Of a stretch of 64,000 nt of DNA, positions 41,949 through 50,866 are shown in pieces. The translations under genes were made by a program, and so were the position numbers. This DNA comes from Bacillota bacterium (lineage in GTDB: Bacteria > Bacillota > Ch66 > Ch109), in NCBI GenBank assembly GCA_050952625.1, contig JBMNLH010000001.1:1568001-1632000 (forward strand), written 5' to 3'. Position 1 is the first letter of the stretch; each line of letters opens with the position of its first letter. A model generated the notes under the pieces. That model ran no database searches and had not been told where the DNA came from. It worked only from the letters and a program-made list of their open reading frames with translations.

Positions 41949-43900
41949 TGTCTGGTGCCAGAATACTAATTGTTGAAGACGAAGGTATTGAAGCCCTTGA
42001 TTTGCAACAAAGAGTAACCGGCATGGGTTACACCGTTCTAGATATTGTATCTACTGGAGAAGAGGCCATAGAAAAAGCAGGGGAAACCTTACCAGACCTG
42101 GTGTTGATGGATATCATGCTTCCTGGAGAAATTGATGGAGTGACCGCCGCTGAACAGATCCGATCTCGCTTTAATCTTCCAGTTATTTATATTACCGCCT
42201 ATGCTGATGAAGATACTCTGCAGCGGGCTAAGGTAACCGAGCCGTACGGTTATATTGTCAAACCTTTCCGGGAAAGAGAATTACAAATAACCATTGACAT
42301 GGCCCTACACAAACACGAAATGGGAAAGAAGTTGAGAGAGAGTGCCAAATGGTTTTCCACAACACTCAAAAGTATTGGCGATGCGGTAATCGCCACCGAT
42401 AAAAAAGGTCGAATAACCTTTATGAATCCGGTGGCCGAGAGGTTAATGGGTTGGAAGTTGGAAGAAGTTAAATCTAAAAAACTGACTGAAGTATTCAACA
42501 TCATCAATATGTACTCACGCCAACCGGCTGAAAACCCGGTTACCCGGGTCCTCCTGGAAGGCGTTACTATTGGCTTGGCCAACCATACCCTATTGATCGC
42601 GAAAGATGGGACAGAAATTCCAATAGATGATAGTGCCGCGCCGATTAAAGACGACCAGGGGAATATTGTCGGGGTAGTCCTGGTATTTCATGATGTAACC
42701 GAGCGTATCCAAACAGAAGCAGCCCTACGCGAGAGCGAAGAACGCTATCGCACCCTAGCGGAAGAACTCCGCGAGGCGGATAACCGCAAGAACGAATTTT
42801 TGGCGATCCTCTCCCACGAACTACGCAACCCGCTCGCCGCTATTCAAAACAGCTTGAACATCCTTGACCGCACTAAACCTGGCAGTGACCAGGCTCTGCT
42901 AGCTAAAAGTATTATTGACCGGCAGGTAAGGCAGCTTTCGCATCTGGTCGATGATTTGCTCGACATTACCCGTATTACTCAAAAAAAGATCAAGTTGCAG
43001 CGACAGCGGCTTGAGCTTAATGAACTCGTGCGACGGACTCTGGAAGACCATCGATCACTTTTCGAGAAAAGCGGCGTACGTTTAGAAGCCGAATTGGCTC
43101 CAACGCCGATTTTCTCGAACGCTGATGGAGCCCGTCTAGCGCAAGTGGTTGGAAACTTACTGATGAATGCGGCCAAGTTTACCGACTATGGCGGACATAC
43201 TCGAGTGTGCCTCGAGAGCGATGCCACCCAGCAACAAGCAATAATTCGGGTAATCGATACTGGAATTGGGCTAGCCCCGGAAACACTCCCCCGCCTCTTC
43301 CGGCCATTCATGCAGGCAGAAACAACCCTTGACCGCAGCCGGGGCGGACTTGGCCTTGGGTTAGCCCTGAGCAAGGGACTGGTTGAGCTCCACGGCGGCA
43401 AACTAAAGGCTAACAGTGCCGGAATCGGTAAAGGGGCCGAATTTGTTGTCTGCCTTCCTTTAGAAGAAACCGCTTCCAATGAAGAACAGCCATCTATTAC
43501 TCTAGAGATTGCACACCCCAACCGACGACGGGTACTGATCATCGATGACATTGTCGATGTAGCGGATACCCTTCGTGACTTGATCAAACTCAATGACCAT
43601 GAAGTGGCCGTTGCTTACAATGGCCCTGAGGGACTAGCCAAGGCTCGGGAATTTCAGCCCGAGGTTTTGCTGTGCGATATCGGGCTGCCTAAAATGAATG
43701 GCTACGATATTGCGAAAGCTATTCGTCAGGACGAAACACTCAAAGGTATATTCCTGGTGGCTTTAACCGGTTATGCTATGCCGGAGGATCTGCAGCGAGC
43801 AACTGAGGCCGGTTTTGATTACCATTTGGCCAAGCCAGTTGATCTGGATGAATTAAATCGAATGCTGACTGAGATACCCAATAATCTAAAAACTTTTTAA
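41948..43900 (+). CDS. Hybrid sensor kinase REC-PAS-HisKA-HATPase-REC
   Basis: ILIVEDE, LVLMD, LSHELRNPL, GLGLGL, LCDIGLP, AKPVD. Confidence 0.9.
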   Translation: MSGARILIVEDEGIEALDLQQRVTGMGYTVLDIVSTGEEAIEKAGETLPDLVLMDIMLPGEIDGVTAAEQIRSRFNLPVIYITAYADEDTLQRAKVTEPYGYIVKPFRERELQITIDMALHKHEMGKKLRESAKWFSTTLKSIGDAVIATDKKGRITFMNPVAERLMGWKLEEVKSKKLTEVFNIINMYSRQPAENPVTRVLLEGVTIGLANHTLLIAKDGTEIPIDDSAAPIKDDQGNIVGVVLVFHDVTERIQTEAALRESEERYRTLAEELREADNRKNEFLAILSHELRNPLAAIQNSLNILDRTKPGSDQALLAKSIIDRQVRQLSHLVDDLLDITRITQKKIKLQRQRLELNELVRRTLEDHRSLFEKSGVRLEAELAPTPIFSNADGARLAQVVGNLLMNAAKFTDYGGHTRVCLESDATQQQAIIRVIDTGIGLAPETLPRLFRPFMQAETTLDRSRGGLGLGLALSKGLVELHGGKLKANSAGIGKGAEFVVCLPLEETASNEEQPSITLEIAHPNRRRVLIIDDIVDVADTLRDLIKLNDHEVAVAYNGPEGLAKAREFQPEVLLCDIGLPKMNGYDIAKAIRQDETLKGIFLVALTGYAMPEDLQRATEAGFDYHLAKPVDLDELNRMLTEIPNNLKTF

Positions 43901-43904
43901 AATA

Positions 43905-44055
43905 CAACCGTTTATAAAGCCCTCGCTTTTCTTGGCAAACTCCTTAATCTCACTGAAATGGGTGGTGGCTACGATGGCGGCCTGCTTACTGAAAACCTCC
44001 TCCAGCACGGCGACGGCAAAACCCATTCCTTCTCCTGGCTCAGTCCCCGCCCCCA
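43905..44055 (-). pseudogene. MutS2-like ATPase internal fragment
   Basis: GAGTEPGEGMGFAVAVLE...IVATTHFSEIK. Confidence 0.7.
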
Positions 44056-44061
44056 ATCTAC

Positions 44062-44104
44062 AAAAAAATAAGGCTGTAATGAACACCAATGTTCACTACA
44101 GCCT
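44062..44104 (-). terminator. Intrinsic terminator at the end of a long orphan leader
   Basis: AGGCTGTAGTGAAC-ATTGGT-GTTCATTACAGCCT-TATTTTTTT; second hairpin plus U-tract at about 44152-44175. Confidence 0.65.
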
Positions 44105-44444
44105 CAACAAGAATCCTATTGCGCCAAAAATGGTTGGGCAAAAATGAGCATAAAAAAGCCGTACGTGAGCACGGCAGATTATCATGCTTTATTCCTGAGG
44201 AAGGAGCAAATATATGCCGGTGTTCTCAATAACCGTGTCGCATGGTACAACTAAAAAGCCGGTTAAATTATCCGACCTTAACTAACTCTAGCTCTCAATA
44301 CCAAGCGAACTACCTATTTGGTTACGGTTAGTTGAAAACAACCTCTAACACAAACTCAATCCTTTACTTTTAAACTATATCTATTTTAAATCATTTTCCA
44401 ACATCAAGTCAACCTGTTCTAGAAAGCAAGCGACGGTTCCGTGT

Positions 44445-44560
44445 TTTATCTGATTCACAAGACTTCTGCTTTTGAAAATGAGGGTTACCTTGTTTATACT
44501 TCAGGTGGAGTAGAGTCTCCATCTGAGGCCTCGAGGTTCAGCGAAACTGAACGAGTTCAC
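44445..44560 (+). repeat. PATE/MITE-like element copy C
   Basis: TTAT|CTGA start, CTTCAGGTGGAGTAGAGTCTCCATCTGA, GTTCAGCGAAACTGAACGAGTTCAC end. Confidence 0.8.
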
Positions 44561-44626
44561 TAGTTAGGACCGTGGCCATTCCTCCGACTCACGTCATTCG
44601 AATGGCCCAGCCTTATGTGTTCCTGA

Positions 44627-46663
44627 TTAAAGTGAATGATTAATGGAATTATATAAAGGTATCTCTATCATCACCTTAAATAAATCGCCGTCAATTTCTA
44701 CCTTAAACTGGCCTCCCTGTAACTTGGTCAGGCTTTGAGCGATGGCTAAACCCAGACCGGAGCCTTCAGTTGTTCTGGAGACATCTCCTCGCACAAAACG
44801 TTCGGTCAACTGGTCCGGAGAAACCTCCAGCGGAACCGCCGAGATATTCTTGATAGTTAATAATCCATATTGATCGATTTTCACGATATCGATATACACC
44901 CTGGTGTTAGGCATGGAATACTTCACCACATTGGACAGCAGGTTTTCGATTATCCGCCACATCTGTTTTCCGTCGGCCCAGACTAATATGTCTTTTTCAG
45001 TGGGCTGAACGCGAATGTCCAGTTGGGCTTGCTTGATTTTTTCCTCGTACTCGCCACAGGCCTGGAAGACAAGTTCCTGCAGATCCACTTTTTCTGCCGT
45101 GACCGCCAAATTGCCGCTAGAGGCCTTGCTCGCTTCAATCAGATCATCAATCAGTTGCTTTAATCTTTCAGACTTTTCTTCCAAAATCCCCACATATTCA
45201 GCCGCCGGTTCACTATTTAGCTCCTCCATCTTGAGCAAATCAACATAATTAATAATGGAGGTGAGCGGTGTTTTTAAGTCATGCGAAACATTGGTAATCA
45301 GATCTGTTTTCATCCGTTCTCCCTTAATGGCTTCGGCAACGGCTTTTTTCAGCCCCGCCTGAATGCTTTGGATATCCTCGGCAAAACCGGAAAAGGCAAC
45401 TGATATTTTAGTATTGTCCAGCGGATAGTCTAGATTTCCCATGGATATTTCTTTAGCCGCGCCCATTATTTGAGTTAATGACAGAAGGGCTTTGGCCGCA
45501 AAATATACCACAGCGACATTCAAGGGAATTATTAATAGAATCGTAACTAAAATAAAAAATTCATCCTCGCCTACCAAGCCACAGGAAAAAAACAGAATGC
45601 CATTGGCTAACCCATACGCTAAGAGCAGCAACAGGGTCCAAACCTTAAAAGTTTTTCCGTTAAAGCATATTTTGGTGAGGTCTCTTATAATGTTGAATAG
45701 CCGATAGATTAAAGTATTTTTAATTATTTGGCCGCTTTTGATCTGCCTAGTCATGGATAAAACATAGTTTAAACCAATTAGAGCATTCAGACTTAGCACA
45801 ATTATCGATAATACCAATGACTCAATCAAATTATAATAATAAAAAGAACTAGCATAAAAATTCAACGGAAAATTTGCCAGGGAAAATAGGATCACAAAGA
45901 ATACCCCGACAGAATGAACGTCTGAATAGATCTTATCAACGAAGGAAAGAACTATCTCCCCACCCTGTTCACGTCGCCCTGCAACGCCAACAAGATAGAT
46001 AATAGCTAGTACCATCAAGAATGCCGCGGCTATTAATAAGTTTTTGTAAGCCAAAACCTTGTCGATCATTAGTTTGATTTTAGTATAGCCTATATACTCA
46101 TCATAAAAACCATCTCCCGGGGTTAATGGTTCGATGACTGCTGTATAAACCTCAAACGGAGTACCGGCCAGCATTCGTCTGATAGCATTAGCATACTGGG
46201 GATAATCAGTATTCGCTTTCCCCTGGTCATAATAGGCGAACGTCGCTTGTTTTTGAATTAAAGCCGCCGCCTCAGTTGCCGTTCCTTCCGTTACGTTGGT
46301 AATCTCCTCACCAGTTTGGGTGTTTTTCAGGTAATAGGCGAAATTAACGGTAGCGGACAGCCTGTCCTGGATGCGCTGCAAACGATTCAAATTATCTAAT
46401 ATAATCATTTTCTCTTCGGCAGAGGCCTTAATGTTTTCTTCACTTTTTAATTCCACGTTCAGCTCAACCGTATTATGAATTAACCGGGCATATTCCATCC
46501 TGAATGAATTAGTGTCAAAATAGTTGTTGCTTCTGATAATCTCCGAATTTTGTAATAAAAACAGAGCACTGCCAAAACTAACCACAAAACACAGCCAGGC
46601 TAGTACAACAGCCGTCACCTTTACCCCAGTTGAGTATTTAATATTTTTCAATTTTGTAGCCAA
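44627..46663 (-). CDS. Membrane sensor histidine kinase
   Basis: Multiple TMs, NVSHDLKTPLT, GSGLGLAI. Confidence 0.9.
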   Translation of the reverse strand: MATKLKNIKYSTGVKVTAVVLAWLCFVVSFGSALFLLQNSEIIRSNNYFDTNSFRMEYARLIHNTVELNVELKSEENIKASAEEKMIILDNLNRLQRIQDRLSATVNFAYYLKNTQTGEEITNVTEGTATEAAALIQKQATFAYYDQGKANTDYPQYANAIRRMLAGTPFEVYTAVIEPLTPGDGFYDEYIGYTKIKLMIDKVLAYKNLLIAAAFLMVLAIIYLVGVAGRREQGGEIVLSFVDKIYSDVHSVGVFFVILFSLANFPLNFYASSFYYYNLIESLVLSIIVLSLNALIGLNYVLSMTRQIKSGQIIKNTLIYRLFNIIRDLTKICFNGKTFKVWTLLLLLAYGLANGILFFSCGLVGEDEFFILVTILLIIPLNVAVVYFAAKALLSLTQIMGAAKEISMGNLDYPLDNTKISVAFSGFAEDIQSIQAGLKKAVAEAIKGERMKTDLITNVSHDLKTPLTSIINYVDLLKMEELNSEPAAEYVGILEEKSERLKQLIDDLIEASKASSGNLAVTAEKVDLQELVFQACGEYEEKIKQAQLDIRVQPTEKDILVWADGKQMWRIIENLLSNVVKYSMPNTRVYIDIVKIDQYGLLTIKNISAVPLEVSPDQLTERFVRGDVSRTTEGSGLGLAIAQSLTKLQGGQFKVEIDGDLFKVMIEIPLYNSINHSL

Positions 46664-47333
46664 TCCCCCACACCACCTTTAAATATTTTGGCTCTTTCGG
46701 ATTAATCTCGATCTTTTCTCTGATCCGCCGAATGTGTACCGCGACCGTATTTTCTGCGGAATAGGACGGCTCTCGCCAGACATTTTCATAGATTTGTTGG
46801 ATCGAAAAAACATGCCCCATGTTTCGCATCAGGAACAGCATAATCCCGTATTCGGTTGCGGTTAGCTTAACGGGCTCCCCATCAACCCGCAGATCCTTGG
46901 CTTCTGGATCAAGTTCTAAACTACCCGTTGTTAAAACTCCGCTTTTCCGAGCGATACTACCCAGGGCCGTGTAACGGCGCATCTGCGATTTGACTCGGGC
47001 CATCAACTCTAATGGATTGAAAGGTTTGGTCACATAATCATCAGCCCCGAAGTTTAAGCCAATTATTTTATCCGTATCCTCTGATTTGGCCGATAATATA
47101 ATTATCGGTAGGTTTTGCTCTTCGCGAATCTTCAGGGTTGTGGCAAGGCCATCCAGTTCCGGCATCATTATATCCAACAGGATCAGATGAATTGTCTGTT
47201 CCGATAAAGCCTGTAAGGCCTGCGTCCCGGTGTAAGCCTTAACTACCCTATAATTCTCCATCATTAAGAACTTTTCCAATGCATCGACAATGGCTTGGTC
47301 ATCATCACATACCAAAACATTTAGTTTATCCAT
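46638..47333 (-). CDS. OmpR-family response regulator
   Basis: VCDDD, LLDIMMP, KPFNP, VWGIGY. Confidence 0.9.
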   Translation of the reverse strand: MDKLNVLVCDDDQAIVDALEKFLMMENYRVVKAYTGTQALQALSEQTIHLILLDIMMPELDGLATTLKIREEQNLPIIILSAKSEDTDKIIGLNFGADDYVTKPFNPLELMARVKSQMRRYTALGSIARKSGVLTTGSLELDPEAKDLRVDGEPVKLTATEYGIMLFLMRNMGHVFSIQQIYENVWREPSYSAENTVAVHIRRIREKIEINPKEPKYLKVVWGIGYKIEKY

Positions 47334-47460
47334 TTACATTCCCCTCCCCTGTTGACAATTTGTCGTTCATTTTAAATCACCTGCCTTTTCGCCTATTTTA
47401 GGCGGCAGGTTTTACAAAACACCGGATAAAAATCTTAAAATTATCTTAAAAATCTGCACA

Positions 47461-47498
47461 AAAAAGGCCGTAATGAACACCAAAGTCCATTACAGCCT
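47461..47498 (-). terminator. Intrinsic terminator
   Basis: AGGCTGTAATGGAC-TTTGGT-GTTCATTACGGCCT-TTTT. Confidence 0.7.
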
Positions 47499-47586
47499 GA
47501 CTATCTCAGGAGAAAAAGAACTATCAGGGATTGTAGGAACTTAACTATCCTGCAAAAAACGGCCGGGAGAACCGTCCCCGTGGCTG

Positions 47587-48252
47587 TTAATACAAGCCGT
47601 AGGTTTTGTTGATATCAAGGATAAAGATGATGCCATGTCCCGGTTTATCGATCTTTAGGGTTTCTCTAATTGTGGCAACAATACCCTCGGTCAGGTTTTC
47701 CTCCGCTAAGATCAGCACGATATCCTTTTCTGGTTCAACGACCATTGAGAAAAGCTTGCTGTTCTCATGAATTCCGGAACCTCTGGCGTGAATTATCGTG
47801 GCCCCTCTAGAGCCGGCTTTTTCAGCAGCCTCGACCGCCGTTTCCCCCATCCCTCTATCAACAACCGTAAAAATAGCATTATACATTGGGTTGGTTCCAC
47901 CTCCACTAGCTTTAAGTTTATTATCGATACAGTTTCTAGCACCAATAATGTTAGCCACAGAAGTAGTAAAAGCTATCCCATGATTCGGTCTGGCAAAATT
48001 AAACCTTTTATTCAAGTCTTCAAGTGCCTTATCAACCGTTTGTCTCTCCGCTATGGTTAGCACTATTTCTTTTCTAATATCGTATAGGCCTAGAAGTTCT
48101 AATAAATGATTTTTTATGGTTCCTTTCCCTAAAAAAATGGTCCCACCAGAAACGCCATTCTGTTTCGCCGTTTTAATTACTTTGCTGCCTAACCCAAAAT
48201 TGACAACGACGCATAATAGTTCGTACGTTTTTCCACTAGCTGGGCTCTCCAT
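47587..48252 (-). CDS. Tandem P-II-like regulatory protein
   Basis: Two P-II-like repeats (GVSGGTIFLGKGT; GSRGATIIHARGSG; G.GI.F). Confidence 0.8.
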   Translation of the reverse strand: MESPASGKTYELLCVVVNFGLGSKVIKTAKQNGVSGGTIFLGKGTIKNHLLELLGLYDIRKEIVLTIAERQTVDKALEDLNKRFNFARPNHGIAFTTSVANIIGARNCIDNKLKASGGGTNPMYNAIFTVVDRGMGETAVEAAEKAGSRGATIIHARGSGIHENSKLFSMVVEPEKDIVLILAEENLTEGIVATIRETLKIDKPGHGIIFILDINKTYGLY

Positions 48253-49732
48253 CTTCTTCTAGACCCCCTTTAACTGTTTTTAATTTAAAAATTAAGCCTA
48301 AAACCTGCAAGGCAATTAAAGGAGTTAAAGCTACCATAGCAATTACCCCAAACCCATCAATTAATACATTAGCTCCTTCCATCGATTCCGCTGCCCCCTG
48401 GGCAAAGGCTAAGATAAAAGTTGCGGTCATTGGGCCCGAAGCAACTCCGCCTGAGTCAAAAGCAATCCCGACGAAGAGTTTTGGCACTATATAAGTTAAG
48501 GCAATCGACACTAAATAACCAGGCAATAAATAATGCCATAACTGAATCTGGGGAACAACTATTCTTAACATGGATAGAGCAACCGCAAAGGCAACCCCGA
48601 TTGATAAGGTAAATAATATAACATTTCTTTTAACATATCCACTGGTAACATTCTCTATTTGTTCTGTTAAAACGTAAACCGCTGGCTCAGCTAATATTAC
48701 AACTAATCCAAGGATGAAACCAGTAAGGATAAGCACCCAGTTATTATCTAAAGCGGCGACACCATAACCGACAGCACTGCCAATTTCCATAAAACCGGCA
48801 TTGACACCGGTTAGAAATAGAACCAGTCCGAGAAAAGTATAGATAAGTCCTTTCGATATCTTTAGCAATTTCTTTTTCTGTAGTTTAAAAACAATAATAT
48901 TAAAAATATAAAACAACGAAAGGATGGGGAGTAAGGCTAATAAAACTTCTAGCATCATTGTCGGGGCTTTTTGAAGAAACGGGCCAATAATCGAAGTTGA
49001 TAAGGTTGTATCATACGCTAGATCACCACTGTATCCTTCTGGCCTGGTTAAAACGCCCATCAAAATGACTGTAATTATCACTCCGGCCGAGGCGATTGCT
49101 ACTAGTCCAAAACTATCCTCCTCTGATTCTTTCCCTTTTTTTAAGGAGGATACCCCTATCCCTAGGGCCAGGATAAACGGAACAGTCATGGCACCAGTTG
49201 TTGCTCCCGAAGCATCAAATGAGATGGCTAAGAATTCTGACGAGGAAAATAAAGCGAAAACAAAAATAACAAAATAAAGGCCCGTTAAAACCTTATTTAA
49301 CGGTTTATTAAAAACTATTCTTAATAAGCCCAAAGATATCATTGCTGCAATTCCAATCGATACTACAATAATCAGACTTGGTTTAGATATTATTCCATCT
49401 GTAACATTACTCACTTGCCCGGCCAGCACATGCAAATCAGGTTCAGCAATCGAAATAAGAAAACCGAGGATTAGACCAGCGATGCCGATAATCCAGACCT
49501 TATTACTTTTAGCCAGTGATGTCCCCATTAAGTTTCCGATCGGCCCTATACCTATCTCAGTGCCAAATAAAAAAATAGATAGTCCGATGACGATTAAGAC
49601 GGCCCCGAGGAGAAATCTTAATATTTGATAGCTTTCAAGAGGAGTAATAGTAATATTTAGTATTAAAACTATTATTGTAATTGGCAGCACCGCCAAAGCG
49701 ACTTCTTTAAATTTCTCCACGAGTATATTCAA
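48236..49732 (-). CDS. DUF1538 family multi-TM membrane protein (duplicated domain)
   Basis: AEPDL/AEPAV, FDASGATTG/FDSGGVASG, FGLVA/FGVIA repeats. Confidence 0.85.
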   Translation of the reverse strand: MNILVEKFKEVALAVLPITIIVLILNITITPLESYQILRFLLGAVLIVIGLSIFLFGTEIGIGPIGNLMGTSLAKSNKVWIIGIAGLILGFLISIAEPDLHVLAGQVSNVTDGIISKPSLIIVVSIGIAAMISLGLLRIVFNKPLNKVLTGLYFVIFVFALFSSSEFLAISFDASGATTGAMTVPFILALGIGVSSLKKGKESEEDSFGLVAIASAGVIITVILMGVLTRPEGYSGDLAYDTTLSTSIIGPFLQKAPTMMLEVLLALLPILSLFYIFNIIVFKLQKKKLLKISKGLIYTFLGLVLFLTGVNAGFMEIGSAVGYGVAALDNNWVLILTGFILGLVVILAEPAVYVLTEQIENVTSGYVKRNVILFTLSIGVAFAVALSMLRIVVPQIQLWHYLLPGYLVSIALTYIVPKLFVGIAFDSGGVASGPMTATFILAFAQGAAESMEGANVLIDGFGVIAMVALTPLIALQVLGLIFKLKTVKGGLEEDGEPS

Positions 49733-49842
49733 ATATTCTCACTCCCTTTCATTGTATTAGTATAACACAGGCAAGTTTCTTTCGCTGCAGTATTGCCAGT
49801 CAACGTCCAACAGACCGCTGTTTTCCCCAAAATATCATTTTT

Positions 49843-49930
49843 CGGGGCGGGATAATAACCAAAGAAAATCCCGACCGCCGTCGCAAAACTAAGGGCCACA
49901 ACTATTAACCAAGGCACAGATAAAACACCT
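49843..49930 (-). pseudogene. ABC permease C-terminal remnant
   Basis: PWLIVVALSFATAVGIFFGYYPA. Confidence 0.55.
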
Positions 49931-49972
49931 TACAGCCCGTAACTTCTATGAGCCATTATACGTTAATCATAA

Positions 49973-50022
49973 CAACGAACTTGACCACTGGCATCTTCAA
50001 TTGAAGGCATGCGTCAGCAACC
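49973..50022 (-). promoter_or_regulatory. Candidate DUF1646-like (Na+-I) riboswitch aptamer
   Basis: GGTTGCTGACGCATGCCTTCAA...ATGCCAGTGG resembles my recollection of the consensus (GGTTG..CGCAAGC.TTCAA...TTGCCAG); not verified. Confidence 0.3.
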
Positions 50023-50295
50023 GGTCCGTCAGGAGGTCGCTCAACAATCCGTGCTTCAAAATGTGTCACATGAATTTAAAGGCCGGTTTGCGATTTAATC
50101 AAAAACATTTATAATAGTAGATAGATATTTTTACTGAAATAAAATTTCAAGTAGAAGAGTCTAATATAATTCTTTCACTGCTATACTACTACTATACTTG
50201 ATATATACTAATTTTTTTACTGCAAGGCCTTAACGAAGTCATAATTATAACAAAATATATTTAAATTTATAAACCATGCGAGGTGAAAGATCCAA

Positions 50296-50697
50296 TTGAA
50301 AACTGACCCAATTAAAGGCGGCCCTATGGAGAAGCTATATGCCATCATAGCCATTATTATCGGTGTATTTGTACTGATTGCCCTGTTTGGTCAGTTGATT
50401 ATGATCAAAGAACCAATCCCCCAGGGCACGATCGTTTATGTAAATGAAGAAACGAAAATTTATTATGCTCCCCCCTACATTTTAGGGGATAAATATCCAG
50501 AAGATTTGGATGTAAGTAACTTAAAATCAATGACTGTTTCCGAGGCTGAGAGTAATAATTATCAAGCAGATAACAAGTGTGAAGAAATGGGTTATTTTAG
50601 GGAACAGTATTCCCTAAAGGATACGATCCTGATTAAGATTGGCCTGATCGAACTGCCCCCTAGTCGGTGGAACCCGGATGGGTCCTGGAATTGGTAG
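50296..50697 (+). CDS. Hypothetical membrane-anchored protein
   Basis: GAGGTG RBS, single N-terminal TM, C-terminal RWNPDGSWNW. Confidence 0.65.
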   Translation: MKTDPIKGGPMEKLYAIIAIIIGVFVLIALFGQLIMIKEPIPQGTIVYVNEETKIYYAPPYILGDKYPEDLDVSNLKSMTVSEAESNNYQADNKCEEMGYFREQYSLKDTILIKIGLIELPPSRWNPDGSWNW

Positions 50698-50866
50698 ATG
50701 CGGTAATAATATCTTCATAATAATTGACTATCTGGTTGACCTCACCAGAGCCGGACTGACACCATGTCACTGCCGACAGCGACGACCAACCAATATTGAA
50801 TCCAGATAATAAAGGAAGCAAGGGAACTACCTGTCCCTTGCTTCCTTGTCTGTCTACTCATTCATA

